DNA of 64,000 bases, taken from the NCBI RefSeq assembly GCF_009914755.1, contig NC_060930.1; one strand, 5' to 3'. The translations under genes and the position numbers were made by a program. Source of the DNA: the human T2T-CHM13v2.0 reference genome, Homo sapiens. Below, one piece after another: positions 1-15,844 of the stretch (position 1 is the first letter of the stretch; each line of letters starts with the position of its first letter). The notes under the pieces were generated by a model. The model was not told where the DNA came from and ran no database searches. It saw nothing but the letters and a program-made list of their open reading frames with translations.

Positions 1-630
1 TGTAAGTCGACTATGGTTCTATTTCAAATGTAGTTAGGTTCTTAGCCCTAATGGCAAGCAGAGGCTACACTAAATGTATTTAACCTAAAGACAAGTTGAT
101 AAGAAATTTATAATTCCACTGTTTTTTAAAAATTACAAAAGTAAAAGGTATATACACATAACATCTACAGCAACAAAGAATGCAAAAGCATTCTTTTCAC
201 ATAGAAAGAGTTAAATATACATGCTTTCAAGAACAATAGCAGCTTCTCTTAAACTTTCTTAACTTACCTAGTGTTTTCTATCACTAAAAAAGCTGTATGT
301 AAATCATTAAGTTTAGACTACTGAATCTATATCGTTCTTTGTAAACCAGACTCAAAGCATATTTCTTTCTAAGTTAACATGAACATAATAGAACACACAG
401 AAAGAAAAATATAACTGTGAGTTTATATGCAAAGTACTGGACAACTCTCAAATATATACATCCTTCCTTTTTTCTTTAAAATATCTCTCTACACTGATAC
501 TTCTGGCAGAAACCTGACAATAGTGGCTACGCTAATCGTAGCATACTATTTAGATGGACAACAGTTAATTCATTTGAGCAAAAGTTTTAGAGATCTGTTT
601 TAGACCTTTAAATCAAACTCCAGATAGATA

Positions 631-1192
631 CAATAGTATCCCTTATCCACAGTTTTGCTTTCTGCAGTTTCAGTTACCCATGGTCAACAGTGGTCTGCAA
701 ATATTAAATTGAAAGCTTCAGAAATAAACAATTCATAAGTTTTAAATTGCACACCATTCTGAGTAGTGTGAAGAAATCTCGAGCCATCCCGTTCCACTCT
801 CACCTGACTGAGACGTGAATTATCCCATTGTCCACCATCTCCACACTGTATACCCTCCCTGTCTGTTAGTCACTCAGTAGCTGTCTTGGTTATCAGATCA
901 ATTGTAAGGTAGCTCAGAGCTTGTGTTTAATATGTACCCCTTATTTTACTTCATAATGGCCTCAAAGTGCAAGAGTAATGATGCTTTTATATTGTTATAA
1001 CTGTTCTATTTTATTATTAGTCATTGTTTTTAGTCTCTTGCTGTGCCTAATTTATAAATTAAATTTTATCATAGGTATGTATGTACAGGAAAAAATATAG
1101 TATATATAGGGTTCTGTACTATCTGTGGTTCTGTGGTTTCAGGCACCCACTGGGGATCTTGGAACGTAGCCGCCACAGATAATGGGAGACCA
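631..1192 (+). mobile_element. MER44 (Tigger7-derived, TcMar) non-autonomous DNA transposon
   Basis: TA followed by caatagtatcccttatcc, ending gataatgggagac (degenerate TIRs); interior resembles the remembered MER44 consensus. Confidence 0.8.
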
Positions 1193-1326
1193 AACACAAA
1201 GTTAACAAGGAAATGGTAACACTTCCAGTACAGGAAAAAAAAAAAAAAAACCTATTTAGAGATTTTTAAGTGACTCATTCAACACACTTGCCCAGAAGGC
1301 ACTAATATAGAATTTGTAGATTTTAA

Positions 1327-1773
<447 letters not shown>

Positions 1774-2876
1774 CAGGAATGGCCTCCTCCCTTAGCTCCC
1801 TGTTCTTGGATCTGCCATGGAGGGATCTGGTGCCTCCGGACGTGTGCACATAAATCCTTATGGAGCTTTTCCTGATGTTCCACTCCACTTTGTATAGACA
1901 TCTGCCCCGACTGAATGTGTTCTGTCACTCAGCTTTGCTTCCGACACCTCTGTTTCCTCTTCCCCTTTCTCCTGGTATGTGCGTTTACCTAAACTATATG
2001 CCATAAATGTCAAGTTATTCATTTTACTTTTTCATTTTGGGGTGAAGATTCAGTTTCAGTCTTTTGAATATAGGTTTCCAATTAAGTACATGGTCAAGTG
2101 TTAACAGCACAAGTGATAAGTTAACGTTAGGATAGGAATTGGTGTTGAGGGGGTTGCAAGAATATTTTATTTTAATTTTTTGGATGAAATTTTTATCTAT
2201 TATATATTAAACATTCTTGCTGCTGCGCTGCAAAACCATAGCAGATTTGAGGCACTGTTGAGGACTGAATTATTCTCCAAGTTGAGAGATGTCCTTGGGT
2301 TAAATTAAAAGCCCTACCTAAAACTGAGGTGGGGATGGGGAGAGGCTTTGCCTCCACCATTCCCACCCCACCCTCCCCTTAAACCCTCTGCCTTTGAAAG
2401 CAGGTCATGTTCACTGCGATGCTGGACACTACAGGTATCTGTCCCTGGGCCAGCAGGGACCTCTGAAGCCTTCTTTGTGGCCTTATTTTTTTTTTTTTCA
2501 TCCTGTGGTTTTTCTAACGGACTTTCAGGAATTTTGTAATCTCATAACTTTCCAAGCTCCACCACTTCCTAAATCTTAAGAACTTTAATTGACAGTTTCA
2601 ATTGAAGGTGCTGTTTGTAGACTTAACACCCAGTGAAAGCCCAGCCATCATGACAAATCCTTGAATGTTCTCTTAAGAAAATGATGCTGGTCATCCCAGC
2701 TTCAGCATCTCCTGTTTTTTGATGCTTGGCTCCCTCTGCTGATCTCAGAGTTTCCTGGCTTTTCCTCCCTCAGCCACTTCTCACCCCTTTGCTGTCCTGT
2801 GTAGTGATTTGGTGAGAGGAATCGTTGCTGCCCCCTTCCCCTAGCACCATATATGAGTCTCAAGTTTTATTATTGC

Positions 2877-2882
2877 AATAAA
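2877..2882 (+). terminator. Polyadenylation signal of the FKBP retrocopy
   Basis: AATAAA 23 nt before the A tail. Confidence 0.85.
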
Positions 2883-2955
2883 AGTGCTTTATGCCGGCTT
2901 TTCTCAAAAAATAAATAAATAAATAAATAAATAAATAAAATAAAAATACAGTATG

Positions 2956-3014
2956 CACCTGTTCACCAAAAATCTATGGAAATAAAAAAATTACATAAAT
3001 AACTAAATATAAAT
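2956..3014 (+). mobile_element. Tiny L1 (L1PB-like) 3' terminus plus A-rich tail
   Basis: cacctgttcaccaaaaatctatggaaataaaaaa resembles the L1PB 3' end; followed by aaaaatatggtatg, a TSD-like copy. Confidence 0.6.
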
Positions 3015-3028
3015 AAAAATATGGTATG

Positions 3029-3523
3029 GAACCAGCCTAATTACTCATAGAACTGCTGTTTATGGTTTCTTTTGAATAAACATAAAAATTGAGACTCCCA
3101 TCTTAAAACTTGAGAAAGTTACATTTGTCTTATCTGGGTTCCTTTCTCAGGAAACCACACATCAGGCCTTCCAGACAGTATCAAGGAAAGGAAACTTACC
3201 AGATCACCACATCTGGACAATAAGATGAAAGACTCCTCACCTATCATGATCGCATAAGTGACCACCTGCTTCCTGTTGACCAACTCCTCTTCTTTACCCC
3301 TCCCTAATTCCTGTTTTCCCACACATAGTTACATTTCTTCCCTGCTATACAAACCCTTAGTTTTAGTTGGTTGAGGTGACTAATTTAAGGCTCATCTCCC
3401 ATTCTCCTCAGCTGTAGCACCCAAATAAAGCCTTCTTCCCTGGAAATTCTCATTGTCTCAGTGATTGGCTTTCAGGGTGGTGAGCTGCAGGACCTAGACC
3501 AAAACCCTGGCATTTTTATAACA
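3029..3523 (+). mobile_element. Solo ERV LTR (LTR47-like, ERVL)
   Basis: gaaccagcctaatt...taaca; internal AATAAA ~3424; gtatg on both sides (3024-3028, 3524-3528). Confidence 0.7.
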
Positions 3524-3841
3524 GTATGAATTTTCATTTGTACAATTCTTATAATGAAGAGTAGTAATGTAACTTATAGGTGACTTGGATTAAAACTATT
3601 GACCGGACTTTTTAGTTTCAATTACTTAACACTCTAAATGCTAGTATATTTAAATGTAAATTAAATGCTTGCAGCTAAAAACGCATCTTAATTCATATTA
3701 TAGCAGCTTCAGGTTATGCTTTATTGATCTCCATCCTTTAGTATTTGTATGCAACTATAAGATAAATTTTAAAATTGTGAAATAATTAAGGGCAAATGAG
3801 ACAAACTGTTTGTTCCTGCCCCCAAAAAATCTACACTTCTC

Positions 3842-4172
<331 letters not shown>

Positions 4173-4659
4173 CTCTTTTTTTCTTTTGTAATAACATTTC
4201 AACAATGCACATAGCCACCCAGATTATATTACCTGGCTTCTCTCAGAGGTATGGCTAGCCATGTATCCTATTTCTTACCAGTGAACTGTGCGAGAGAGAA
4301 ATGCACGCTTCCCGCATCTTGCACTTGCCTTAAAGAAAGATCACTTTCCCTTCCCTTCCCCTCTCCTTTTCTTTCCAGTTGTAAATGGTGCAGTAACATT
4401 GAAACCCTCATTATGCAAGAGCAACCAAGTCAGCCTGAAACCTTGGCTTACCTCAAGAAGTAGAGCCCACATGCCCACTGACTGCTAAAAGGAATAATGT
4501 GCTTTCTGGTTTGAGCCTTTTCATTTTGGGACCTCTTTGTTATCATAGTTTAGCCTATCTCTAATCTATGTCATCCAATTATATATAGTATTTTTTAAAT
4601 TATTGTAAAAATTTAAGTTCTGAGTATTAAAAAATATGTTGTTCTCCACTCTTTGTTAC

Positions 4660-5192
4660 TGAAGCAGAAGTTAAAAGAGAAAAACAAGTTTTCCTGTACT
4701 TGGCTGACTCACTCCAAGGCCAGCAATAGGCAGGGCCCTGGCCGAGATGTGATAACAGTATCTAGGAAGCCAGAGTCCACAGGAATGAGCCCCAGAGACC
4801 TCCCAACACCCCCCTCAGAGCAAGGACAAGAAAACCAATTCCTTTGCTATCTCTTCATCTCCTTACTGTTTCTCAATTTCCCAACTTTTGTAAGTTCCTG
4901 TTTTTCTTTCAATGCAGCTACAAGGTCACAAGCTTAACCCTGTCACTGTTTGATTAACTGTGTTTGTTCTGCTTCTGTAAGCCCACTTGCCTGCACCATG
5001 AGTTTCATGCCATTAGACTCCCGCCACCCCAATCAAACTAGCCAGCCCCTTTCAGGAGTATGTATAAAAGTCAAGCCCTGTCTTTGTTCAGGGCTCAGCT
5101 TTTGGATGTGAATCTTCTGGGCCAGTGGCCACTTAAATAAAATCCTCCTGTTTCACCCATTGGTCTCTCTGGTCCTTCTGATTCCTGCAACA
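4660..5192 (+). mobile_element. Solo ERV LTR, family unresolved (4-bp TSD suggests ERV1)
   Basis: TG...CA termini; TSD ttac at 4656-4659 and 5193-5196; TATA-like gtataaaa ~5063; AATAAA ~5136. Confidence 0.85.
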
Positions 5193-6199
5193 TTACAAAT
5201 TCACTTGTAAGGCTACACATTTATATTTCACAATTATTCACCATGATTGTACAATTTTCATAACAAGACTATTTCAGATTTCAAAATTATGAGCCTCATT
5301 TCAAGAAAAAATTTAATTGATTATGTTTAAAAGCAAAAGATTCTTCCTGAATCTGTGGCCAAAAAAGTTCTATTTTCTCATTTCTAATCTTCAGTTAGAA
5401 TATAGAGTAGCATGATAAATAGATAAATATTCTTGTATGAATTATGCATAAAGAGGAAAAGAAAGAAAAGGCAAGGAACAATTGCCCTTTCAATTTAAGA
5501 AGTGTTAGTAAGTGTTGCTGAGCTGATGGAGCACTTTGGTGCAAAGCCCTTGAGCCTTAGTTGATGGTCTACATGAACCGCATCATCTCAAGAAGAGTAA
5601 AAATATATATCTGGTATCAAAGGTAAAGAACTCAGGTAGCTCCCCTGAGAGACTACTGCTTTGCCATGTGAATGCAGCTAAAATCATCTTAATAATCCCC
5701 CTCCCACATCCATCACCCTCCAGCCCCCAGCACTTTGCTCTGTGTGACTGTTAGAAGACCCTAAGCTAATTCTTACAAGTCAAATTTTTAAAAAATATAT
5801 AATAATTGACTATTATTTCTTTAAAAAGAAAAGACACAAATATGTGTACTTGTTAAAATAAACTATATAGATATGTAAATAAAAAATGGTAAGAAACATA
5901 GAATGAACTCATTTTTACATGACATTCTCTATGGAGGTTATACCATGATCTTTCAGTAGCCACAATTTATAATATTAAATTACAGGGACATACTTGAGCA
6001 TTTGCCCCTAACAAACTTAACAATTGTATACTGAGACGTAAATTCAAGTTAGTCACTTGCGTAATTTTGGGAAAATTAGAAATCCCTTCAGATCCTCAAT
6101 ATAGGAAGAATGGAGGGGATTGCTTTAAAGTTGAAATTTGTAAAGTAGTTAGTGTAAGTCTTAGCATATAGTATACACAGCACATCTTGGTGATTATTT

Positions 6200-7050
6200 T
6201 AGTTGCACAAATTGGAACATGGTTCTTACATTGTCTTGAACTTTGTTCTTTTTCCTCCCAACAATATACCATGAAGATATTTCCAAATCAGCACAAATAT
6301 ATTTGCTTCATCTTTTTGTGTGAATCCATGATATTATCTATACATAGATTACCAATATTTATGTAGTGTTGACATTTATGTAGTTTCCAATATTTTTATT
6401 ATTATAGACAATGCTGCAGAAATATGTGTGTGAATGTGTGTATATGTGTATATGTATGTATATCTTGACATATGGTTTCAAATATATCAATTGGGGTAAA
6501 TTTCTAACCATGCAGCAGCTGGGTCAAAAATCATGTGACTTTTTTTATTACACAGTTATTGCAAAATAGCCCTTCAAAAAGTTAGCAGAAGTATGCCTAA
6601 CATACCAGATCTTCTTGCCAAATGTGGGTATTACTAAGCTCATTGAAAAAAAAAAAAAATGACAAATGGATTTTATTGCTTTAATTTGCAAATATTTAAT
6701 TACAAGTGAGCCTTACTTAGCATCTTTTTATGTTAGTAAAATAGTTGCATTTTTTAATGAAATAGCTATGCATGTCTTCTTTTTTATTGAAAGATAAGAG
6801 CTTCTTATATATTAAAGAATATGGACCTTTGCCAGTTGCCTTTAGATGTCATTCTTATTTTTCTTTGCAGATTTTTTTTAAATTTTGTGTAAGCACTTTT
6901 ATCAATCTTTTTCTAATGTGTGTAGGTTTTGTCTTTCTCCATTTTTCTATTTTTTGATTACAAGATTATTTTATAAAATTATTTATTTTACTTTTCAATA
7001 TATTGTTTTGATATTTGCTATTTTGGGAATGTCCATTAATTATCTGGATG
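6200..7050 (-). mobile_element. Degenerate ancient L1 (L1ME-like) fragments
   Basis: T-rich with remnant L1 antisense motifs (ttattgctttaatttgc, acaatgctgc); boundaries approximate. Confidence 0.45.
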
Positions 7051-7162
7051 TTTGGATTCTATTCACCCTATCTAGAAACTTCAGAAATATGACTCCCATA
7101 TTATATAATTGATATATGTATCTAAATGTACAAGTATATATGAACAAATATACATATCTATG

Positions 7163-7383
7163 TGTCTTTGTCTGTTTGAGCTGCTATAACAAAAGTACCA
7201 TACACAGGAGGCTTAAACCACAAACATTTATTTCTTACAGTTCTGAAGGCTGTAAAGTCCAAGAACAAGGTACTGATAGGTTTGCTGTCTGGTAAACGCC
7301 TGGCTCATAGACAGTTGTCTTTTCCCTGTGTCCTCACAGTCCTCACATGGCAGCAAAAGGGCAAGAGAACTCTCTTGGGTCTT

Positions 7384-7422
<39 letters not shown>

Positions 7423-7861
7423 GGCAGGGTCTCACTTTGTCACTTTGTCACCCAGGCTAGAGTGCAGTGGCACAACCTTGGCTCACTGTAGCCTTGACTT
7501 CCTGGGTTTCTCCTGCCTCGACCCCTCAAGTAGCTGGGACTACAAGCCAAGTACCACCACACCCAACTAATTTTTGTATTTTTTGTAGAGACACAGTATT
7601 GCCGTGTTGCCCAGGCTGGTATCAAACTCCTGAGCTTAAGCAGTATGCCCACCTCAGCCACCCAAAGTGCTAGGATTACAGGCTTGAACCACAGCACTCA
7701 GCCTTGAGGTCTTTTTAATAAGGGAACTAATCCCATTTATTAGGGCTTTACCATCATAATCTAATCACCTCCCAAAAGCCCTCCTTCTAAACCGTCATAT
7801 TTAGGGTTAGAATTTCCATATAGAAATTTGGGGGTGGGAGACAAATATTTAGTTTATAGCA
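7163..7861 (-). mobile_element. MLT1A-type MaLR LTR interrupted by an AluJ
   Basis: tgtc...gctgctataacaaa...tatagca; near-TSD ctatg/ctgtg. Confidence 0.8.
7382..7703 (-). mobile_element. AluJ
   Basis: (TTTA)n tail, diverged Alu body with J-type motifs. Confidence 0.9.
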
Positions 7862-10080
7862 CTGTGTATTCAGTCATTAGAAAAAGATTTTACTAATTGG
7901 CCAAATGTTATTCAGGTAATCTTCTGGGTCTAATTCGGATCTTTTAATATCTTAGAGCTACAATTTACTGCATATAAATAATTTGAATTACAGATACTAT
8001 TAACCAAATGAAAATTTAATTCCTTACATTTTTCTTACATAACTCCTGACCACTGACCTTAGTGATCTAAAATATCACACATGGAAGTTGATCAAATAAA
8101 ATAGGATTCAGTGATGCTTAAACCTTTCTACAGACCTTTATTCCTTATCCTTAAGTAAATGATTATTAGTGCAAATGCAGGCAATATAACTTAGTCATGA
8201 CAAGAGACAGATGCTCAAGCCCACAGAAATTAAAATCAAAAAATTCAAATAGCTAAAATTTTATAGCCAGCCTTATTATTTATATTTCCCCAAAGTAACA
8301 ATAAAACTGCTATGTTTCAGAAATCTTCAGAAAGATAGAGTTTATTCATATAAATGCATATTATATCCATTACTATAATACCAATAAAATATCAAATATC
8401 ATTAATTTACAGCAAAAATCATAAGCCAAGACTTTATATCCTTTGTACTACGTAGTACAGAAATGTAAAAAAAAATCTTATATGCAGATTTGTACATGAA
8501 AGCAAATTTATATAACTATGGTAAATGTAACTAATTTTTAATCAGTATTAATGGTCTGCTGTTCAGAGAAGCCTATAAGTAATGAGAACTTTCAGCACAT
8601 CCTGAAATTGAATATAATTGCTCAACGTGTTCTCTAGAGAATTTACCTGAGTTTGGAAACTCCGGAAACAACCATATTCATGTTATATTTATGCTGTTTC
8701 AAAAAGATTTTCTGTCCAGTAACGTAAAATGAACAGACTGCTAAACTCTCATTTGTTTTCCATATCCTCTCCCTGCTTTCTCTTCTACTTTCCCTGGTGA
8801 ACAGATATTCATTTTTCAGATTCATATAACAATTTGAGCCCCAGCTATTTTGTAAGTTACAAAGACCCCGAGGCTTGAGTTGTGGTTGTGAATTTCTCAC
8901 TGTAGTTGTGTCTCAAGCAGATGCTAGCCTAGCAGCTATCCACAGCCATTAAGAACATAAAGAAAAATATAGCAGCCAATGGCTATAGGGAAAAAAAAAA
9001 ACCTCATGATCAGCCAGCTGTTATACTTTGAATGCTGCTGAAATATGAGTACAGAAAGGACAATAAGAGGATTTCAAAACATTCACATACGTGTGTGGTG
9101 GAAAGATTTTTTATTTGAATCAATCGGGGAAGGGCTTGAAAGACTTGCCCCTAAGTTACAAAAACTGATATTTCAATTTCCTTGTGAATTGATTGAGATA
9201 TGCCAAATTGGCCAAATCTTCAAATTACACTCTAAATTGCTGCATTTGTGGAAAGCTAGCCAAAATATTAGATGGAATAATGTTAAATATATTGTGTGTC
9301 ATGTGTGATTCATTTTCCTACAATTATATCTTTATTGTTTCAATTAGTGCTTTTTTCCCAATTGATTCACATTTTTCTGATAATTGAATTGCTGAAGAAG
9401 AGGGATGTGTCACTGTCCAGCTTTTTTAAACTGTAAGAAATAATGTAATGTTTCTAAATTTGAAATATATCAGCCTTCCTAGATTAAAAGCTCCAAATAT
9501 TTATGTTCACATTTTGACAATTCTCTGGTTTTGGTAATGTCTAAAATGACATCAAAATTCAATTTCATTCAAAACTTAGCCAACTATTTTATAGAATTTT
9601 TGAGATTGTTTTTGTCATCTTATGCAAACTGCTTGAGGAATATGACATATATCAACCTCCAATAATTTGTAAAATGTTATAAAATAATGATATCTTTTGT
9701 CTTTTAATCCATACAGATAAATCATTTATTTCAAGATCTCTCGTTTAAAAATATGTTGAGACTGCCTATGTAATTCATCAGGTCAACACTGGTTAACAAA
9801 ATAAGTAGCAATTTGGTTAAATAACTGGCCAAAGAACACCTAGTTTGACTGAATAACTAAAATCTGGCTGCACATCATAGTGGTGAAACGAATTGAGAAT
9901 TAAAGGACAAGATCTAAAGTCCTGGATAATTTGCAGCAATACAGTACAGCGATTTTCCACATTTTAAGAATCACTCGCTTTCTTAAGTGGTTTGCTGGGT
10001 TTTTTTAGCTGACTTTGTAATAAAATTATTTTCTTTTGCAATTAATTTTCTATAACATTATATTTAATTTTTTAATTCTT

Positions 10081-10350
10081 TTATTTTTTGAGACAGAGTC
10101 TTGCTCTATCACCCAGGCCAGAGTACAGTGGTACGATCTCGGCTCCTCCACCTCCTGGGTTCAAGCGATTCTCCTGCCTCGGCCTCCCTAGTAGTTGGGA
10201 CTACAGGCGCCCACCACCACACTCAGCTAATTTTTAGAGACAGGGTTCACCATGGTGGCCAGGCTCGTCTTGAACTCCTGAGCTCCAGTGATCCGCCCAA
10301 CTCGGCCTTCCAAAGTACTAGGATCACAGACTCAAGACACCGTGCCTGGC
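10081..10350 (-). mobile_element. AluS with short internal deletions
   Basis: 16-bp TSD taattttttaattctt at 10065-10080 and 10351-10366. Confidence 0.92.
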
Positions 10351-11719
10351 TAATTTTTTAATTCTTCATGATGATGCATCATGTTGGTTAACTGACTGCA
10401 TCATTTTCCACCAGCCACTTAATTTCACTGAGCCACACTTGTCTCATTTGCTACTTGGAAGTTGAAGTTGAATGTAATTTTCTCTCAAATGGCTTTTAGT
10501 TCTAACATTGTGGCATTCTCTTCCTTTTTTTGATTTATATTTATGAAAATTTTGGTCTATGATCTAGCTATATTTATGAAAATTTTTGTTTTCCCATTTT
10601 TATCGTATTTGGTTTTTAAGATTATTTCACAAAGCAAATTCTGAAATTTTTCACCTTTTTTTATGAACTGCAATAATTTAAATGCTGTATAAAACAGTAT
10701 AGAATTATACTATGCAATTTCCATCAAAGCTTTACTTTTACTTCTTTGAACTTCACAGTCAATCTAGTTTGAAAACAACAACAAAAAGTAACAATAGCCA
10801 CAATATTGGCCCAGGACCCTCACAAACCTGAAAGCAATAAGTACCAAATTCTTCTACTTAGAAAATGTTTCCTCAGAATGCAATTACATATATATTTATA
10901 CTTCCTTGGAAAGACTAACCATCACTTTAAATTTGTCCAGTGGGAACTAAAATAAGAACATAATTGTGCTATAAGGAAAACACACTCCAAAAACAGGAAG
11001 CTTAAATAAAATCTTAAAAATAGATCCTAAACTGAATCCATGTCTCAAAATACTAAAGATCCACATGAATCACTAAAATTACTAAAGAAATCAGCTTAGA
11101 AATGCTGTAGCCCCAATTATTTTGCATGCCAACTATTCAGCTGAAAATTCAGCTTTTGGATTAAATCAAGCATTGAATGGATAATTTATCCCCAATCATG
11201 AATTATATTAGGCCTAAAAATGACAGAAAACAAAGAGTAAACTTACTTGCGGAATTTATTTCTGTATTGTCATGGACAATAAAAAAACACTCGTAAAATA
11301 AAAGCAGATATTTTTTCTGAATTATTTGGTAGAATTTGAAGTATTTTTTTAAAAAATAAAAGCACTTATAAATGTTTTATTTCATTGATTGAAGGGAAAT
11401 TTTATGAGATGTGAAAGGAAAGTTAAATATGAATTTTGTCTGCTTTTGCCACTGGCCCTGTACTGTGTCCTGTCATATGATTAGCAGCAGATAACAATGC
11501 TCTGTATGAACCATATCACAACTCATTCTGGCTTTATTGAATTACTTTTCCACCACAGTCAAGTTGGATCTCACTTCAAGGGTTGCTTCAATTTCAAGAT
11601 TTCTGCATACACATTTCTATATGACTATAAAGTAAAAAATCCTCTATCCTCAAAGATATTTTTTAGTAGCTGAGAAACACTGCCACTAAAAACATTCTGT
11701 AAAGAACGTCTTGGAGTAA

Positions 11720-11930
11720 TTTATAATCACTAACTAGCACAGATTGAGCACTTAATTTGTCATATGCCAGACCTATACTATGCATTTTAACAAACATTAT
11801 TTCAATTGTCCCTTTAAGGTAAGTTGGTAGTATCTCCATTTTACAGGTGAGGAAAATGAAGCTTACAGTGGCTAATTAGTATGCTCAAGGTCACACAAGT
11901 AATAATTATAGCCCAGATGTGATGCTATAC
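11720..11930 (-). mobile_element. MIR
   Basis: Core ccattttacaggtgaggaaaatgaagc...caaggtcacac. Confidence 0.7.
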
Positions 11931-12384
11931 AGAATTTTGTTAAATTCTTAAAGCTCACTCCCTCTTTCTATTATTTATACTGTGTAGCTCATCTTTAAAA
12001 TCACCAATATTCAGTTGTACAGCTATGCTATCCTATTAACTACATTTTCCTTATATTTGCTTCCAGTTAGTTGAATTGGCACTTACTAAAGAAACTAATT
12101 TGATCTTACTGTTTGTAATTTCTCTTCCATTTACTGTCATTATCTTAACATCTCAAATCCTATTGACTGTGAATCTTCTAAACCCAGTTTTCTTATCTAC
12201 CCAGGGAAAGTACAAAAAGAACAAAACCTACATATGCTATAGAACAAATAACCTTATTCCAGGCTAAGTGTGAGTTACAAGGTGAGGATAAAAGTATAAT
12301 TTCATGGAGGAAACAGGGCATTCTCATCACCTGTGAATTGGTATTACTGAGCGTAGTCTCACCATGAGGTAGCTTTACAGTGAT

Positions 12385-12570
12385 GGGCATGTGTTCTTGG
12401 AAACTGATTACATGAGTTTGAATCCCAACTTCAACATTTGTGCCTCAACTTCCTCATCCATAAAATAGTATAATACCAAACACGAGGTTGTTTAGAGGAT
12501 AAAATGACTTCACAATATAAAAATACCTAGAATATACCCAGAACTGAATAAGCACTATATAATATTATTA
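12385..12570 (+). mobile_element. MIR
   Basis: gagtttgaatccc...gcctcaacttcctcatccataaaat. Confidence 0.6.
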
Positions 12571-15178
12571 TTGAAAAAAGAGCTCTGAAATACCTGCCAC
12601 ATATATATTCAAATAATTTCAAAAGAACATTTAAGAACACACATTAGTGTGTTTAAATGATCTGGTATTCTAAATTATGAATGTTGCTGCCCACCCCCTT
12701 TCTCATCCCCATTGGTACAGAAAATAATAGAGCTCACCAAATATGAGGACGACTGTTTATAACTCAACATCTACCATGTGGATGAGTATTTTCCGGGTTG
12801 TATGTTTAGTTTTACTGAGTTGACTGGTAAAATATTTCACAGATCCAGCCTCTGCATATCTACTAAGAACTTCTGGCTGAGTACAGACTCAAACACCAAA
12901 ACATCACAGCCTATCCTGGTGCAAACTTTCCTGTGCTACAGCTGCTCCCAGGCTGAATTTTTAATTTTTAATTTTTTAGTTTTTAGGAACTGAGAATCTG
13001 ATTGTGCTGGATTTAATCCCTAGTCTGCCACTTAATTTCTGTATGGTCTTTCACATGTTACTTAACCTCTCTTCTTATAGGATGTTGATAATGGTCCACC
13101 CTCAAACCAAAGTAAAACAAAACTGCCTTGTGAAGAAGCTGTCGTTTGATGGAATCACTAAAAGTGAGTTCCTGTATTTACTATTCCTTTTGTCACCATC
13201 ACCTCTAATTATCTTCATTCATGTTCCCAAGTCCTTTCAGGATCCTCCATTCTCTCTCAATCTAAAGAAATGAGCTTAAACTATCTGAAAGCACTTGGGG
13301 ATTAAATAAAACACTGGAAAAACAGAAGGCAAGAATTATCAACTAATTCTTCCAGTTTCATTTCTCCAGTGCTTTCTCACAGATTCTAAAAGTTACTCAC
13401 ACTTTTTTTTTAACTTGCTAATTAACTGGCCTTCTTTGTTGTAGCTGGTGTCAACTAAATAGAAGGGGAAAATGAGAGATTATTTATGCAGCCCAGAGAA
13501 GAGTTTATGGTCAAGTCCCTTTCCGAAGGGTACAATGTGGCAGGAAGGTATAGGGGAAATATGAAAATAATTTCAAAAGGATGAAAATTTAATATTGGAC
13601 TATTATAAGTGTCAAGAAAAAAAGTAAATGACTTCCATAAGGCAAAAAAAAAATTATTGGATGTTCTTTCAGTAGAATGCTGAAGGTTGTCTTAATTTTA
13701 TAAGGATCTGCATCTTTCATTGTCTTTGACTAGAATATTCTATAGCTCTGTAGAGATGGAAGTTAACCTACAGAAAAGTAATGGTGACACAGATATTCTT
13801 TGTCACAGTAATGCAATTGGCTCCTGTTTATGGTAATGCAAATGAATTTGTTGAGTAGATACGTAAATCTCCATTAGTTAAATTCTCATTTGAAGTGGTT
13901 ATAACATCTTACTAATTTACTCATTAGTTGATGAGTTAAATAAAATATTTTATATTTTTATGAGACACATAATTTTATCATTTTGAAAACTATATTTTAG
14001 TATAGATACAAAATTAAGAGAGATGGTGAAATGACTAAATCTGCTGCAGTGAGAGAAAAGGTCAAGAAAGGCTTCATGGAGAAAGTTAGCACAGAGAAAG
14101 TTAAAGAAAATAATTGAAAATTTCCTAGCAGACAAGTAGAATAGAATTCTAGGTAGGGGAAATCCGAGATAAAGACTCATAAACGTAGAATAGCACTTTT
14201 TTACTCAACACTAAGAAATGAAGTGAAAGATAGTTAAAATACAGTTCTGAGTGTCAGGAACTTTATAGATGAGTAGATGACAAACAAATAAGACAGGTGT
14301 TATTCAGTATAATAAGCTAAAAAATGACAAAGGTGCTGTGACCACATAGACAAAGGGCATCAAATTTCTAAAGAGAAGCTAAGATGTATTTTGGAGGACT
14401 TACTGTTTGTGATGAATCATGACAAATAAATAGAAATTACCTAGATGAAGAAGGAAAGATGGACATTTGAAGCAGGGGAGAAAACGTGGAAACATAAAAT
14501 TCTAACTTTACAAAGTGCTAGTTCTTCACAAGTTTTCAACTAGAAGAAAAACGTTAAAAAATAAATGTTGTGCTACTTAATTTATGCCCATAACATCCTA
14601 GACATGAATCATGTGCAATCCATTTCTCAGAAGTATACCTCAGTATGAAACAAATACCATGTACTTATTCCAAATGGTTTATTTACCTACACCCAGACCC
14701 AAGATTCAGTCAACTTAGTGTCTGCCTCAGCATCCATAAATTTCCCTCTTTCTGTACTCACTTTCCTCTGCACTTCTTGCTTCCTCAATTATCCTGTCCC
14801 TCAGGACCTTCTTGACCTTTTCTTCTTCTCTGCACTTCTTCCAGTTTTCCAGTTCCTCACTGAAGGTATTTTGTGAGGTCCCTAGTGTATGTCTCTGAGG
14901 GAAGTTAGGGTCTTCAAATTGAGGTTTTTATAAGACAAACAAAAATTTTTGGCTATATCAATTGCCTCTCCTAGAGTAGTTCAGGGTATTATTATGTTAA
15001 TAAATTATCTGTCTTTAAAAATGCCTTTCTTTTCTGTTGGGAATAAAATCAAGAAGGAAAGATGGGGATAAAAAGAAAAGAATTTTATCTTCTTCCACCA
15101 CACTCTCTAGTGATTCATGAAAACTATATTTATTCAGCCTGAAGTACTGTACTGTTATTTGCTCTGTATTAGTGAATT

Positions 15179-15180
<2 letters not shown>

Positions 15181-15210
<30 letters not shown>
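15181..15210. repeat. (TG)15 microsatellite
   Basis: Seen directly. Confidence 0.95.
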
Positions 15211-15213
<3 letters not shown>

Positions 15214-15844
15214 AAATACTCTTTCTTTTATGGAACACTCGTTGTAGTTACTAGCAACATATTTTAATGCCTTTTTGGCAAAAGAGAAAGTCACCAACCT
15301 CCATTTTTTAATTTTAAATGAGAGTCAGCACTCTCATTTTTGTTTAATTCTCATAGTGAAATCCATAAATTAAAGAACTAGACTAGATAATATTCAGATC
15401 TTCCAACAAGATCAAATGGTCAAATCATTCAGAGCCAAGACTATGATCTGAACTATTAGACTTTTGGTCCAGTGTTCTTTCTATCATTACATGCTAGAGG
15501 AATTCAAGGAATCTACAATACATCACCTACAACTGAAAAGTCAGTAATGCAAACCATGTCAGTTCTAGCTCTGAGAAATAATGGTTTAAGATAAATTTTG
15601 ATATTGTATTAATTGGTGTTAAAATTTTTAAGTCTAACATTTATATTGAACATAACTTTTTATTCCCTGGACTGGAAAAACTAAATAATTTAGGTGATTA
15701 TTCAATTTTACTTCAAGAACCCAAAGATAATATGTATGAATTATTTGTTTGCATTGAATCCTAATAAAATAAATAGAGTAGGTTACTTGTAAGGAACCTT
15801 TTACTTTCCTTTTAAAAAAAAAAGCTTTCAAAACCTGAACCACA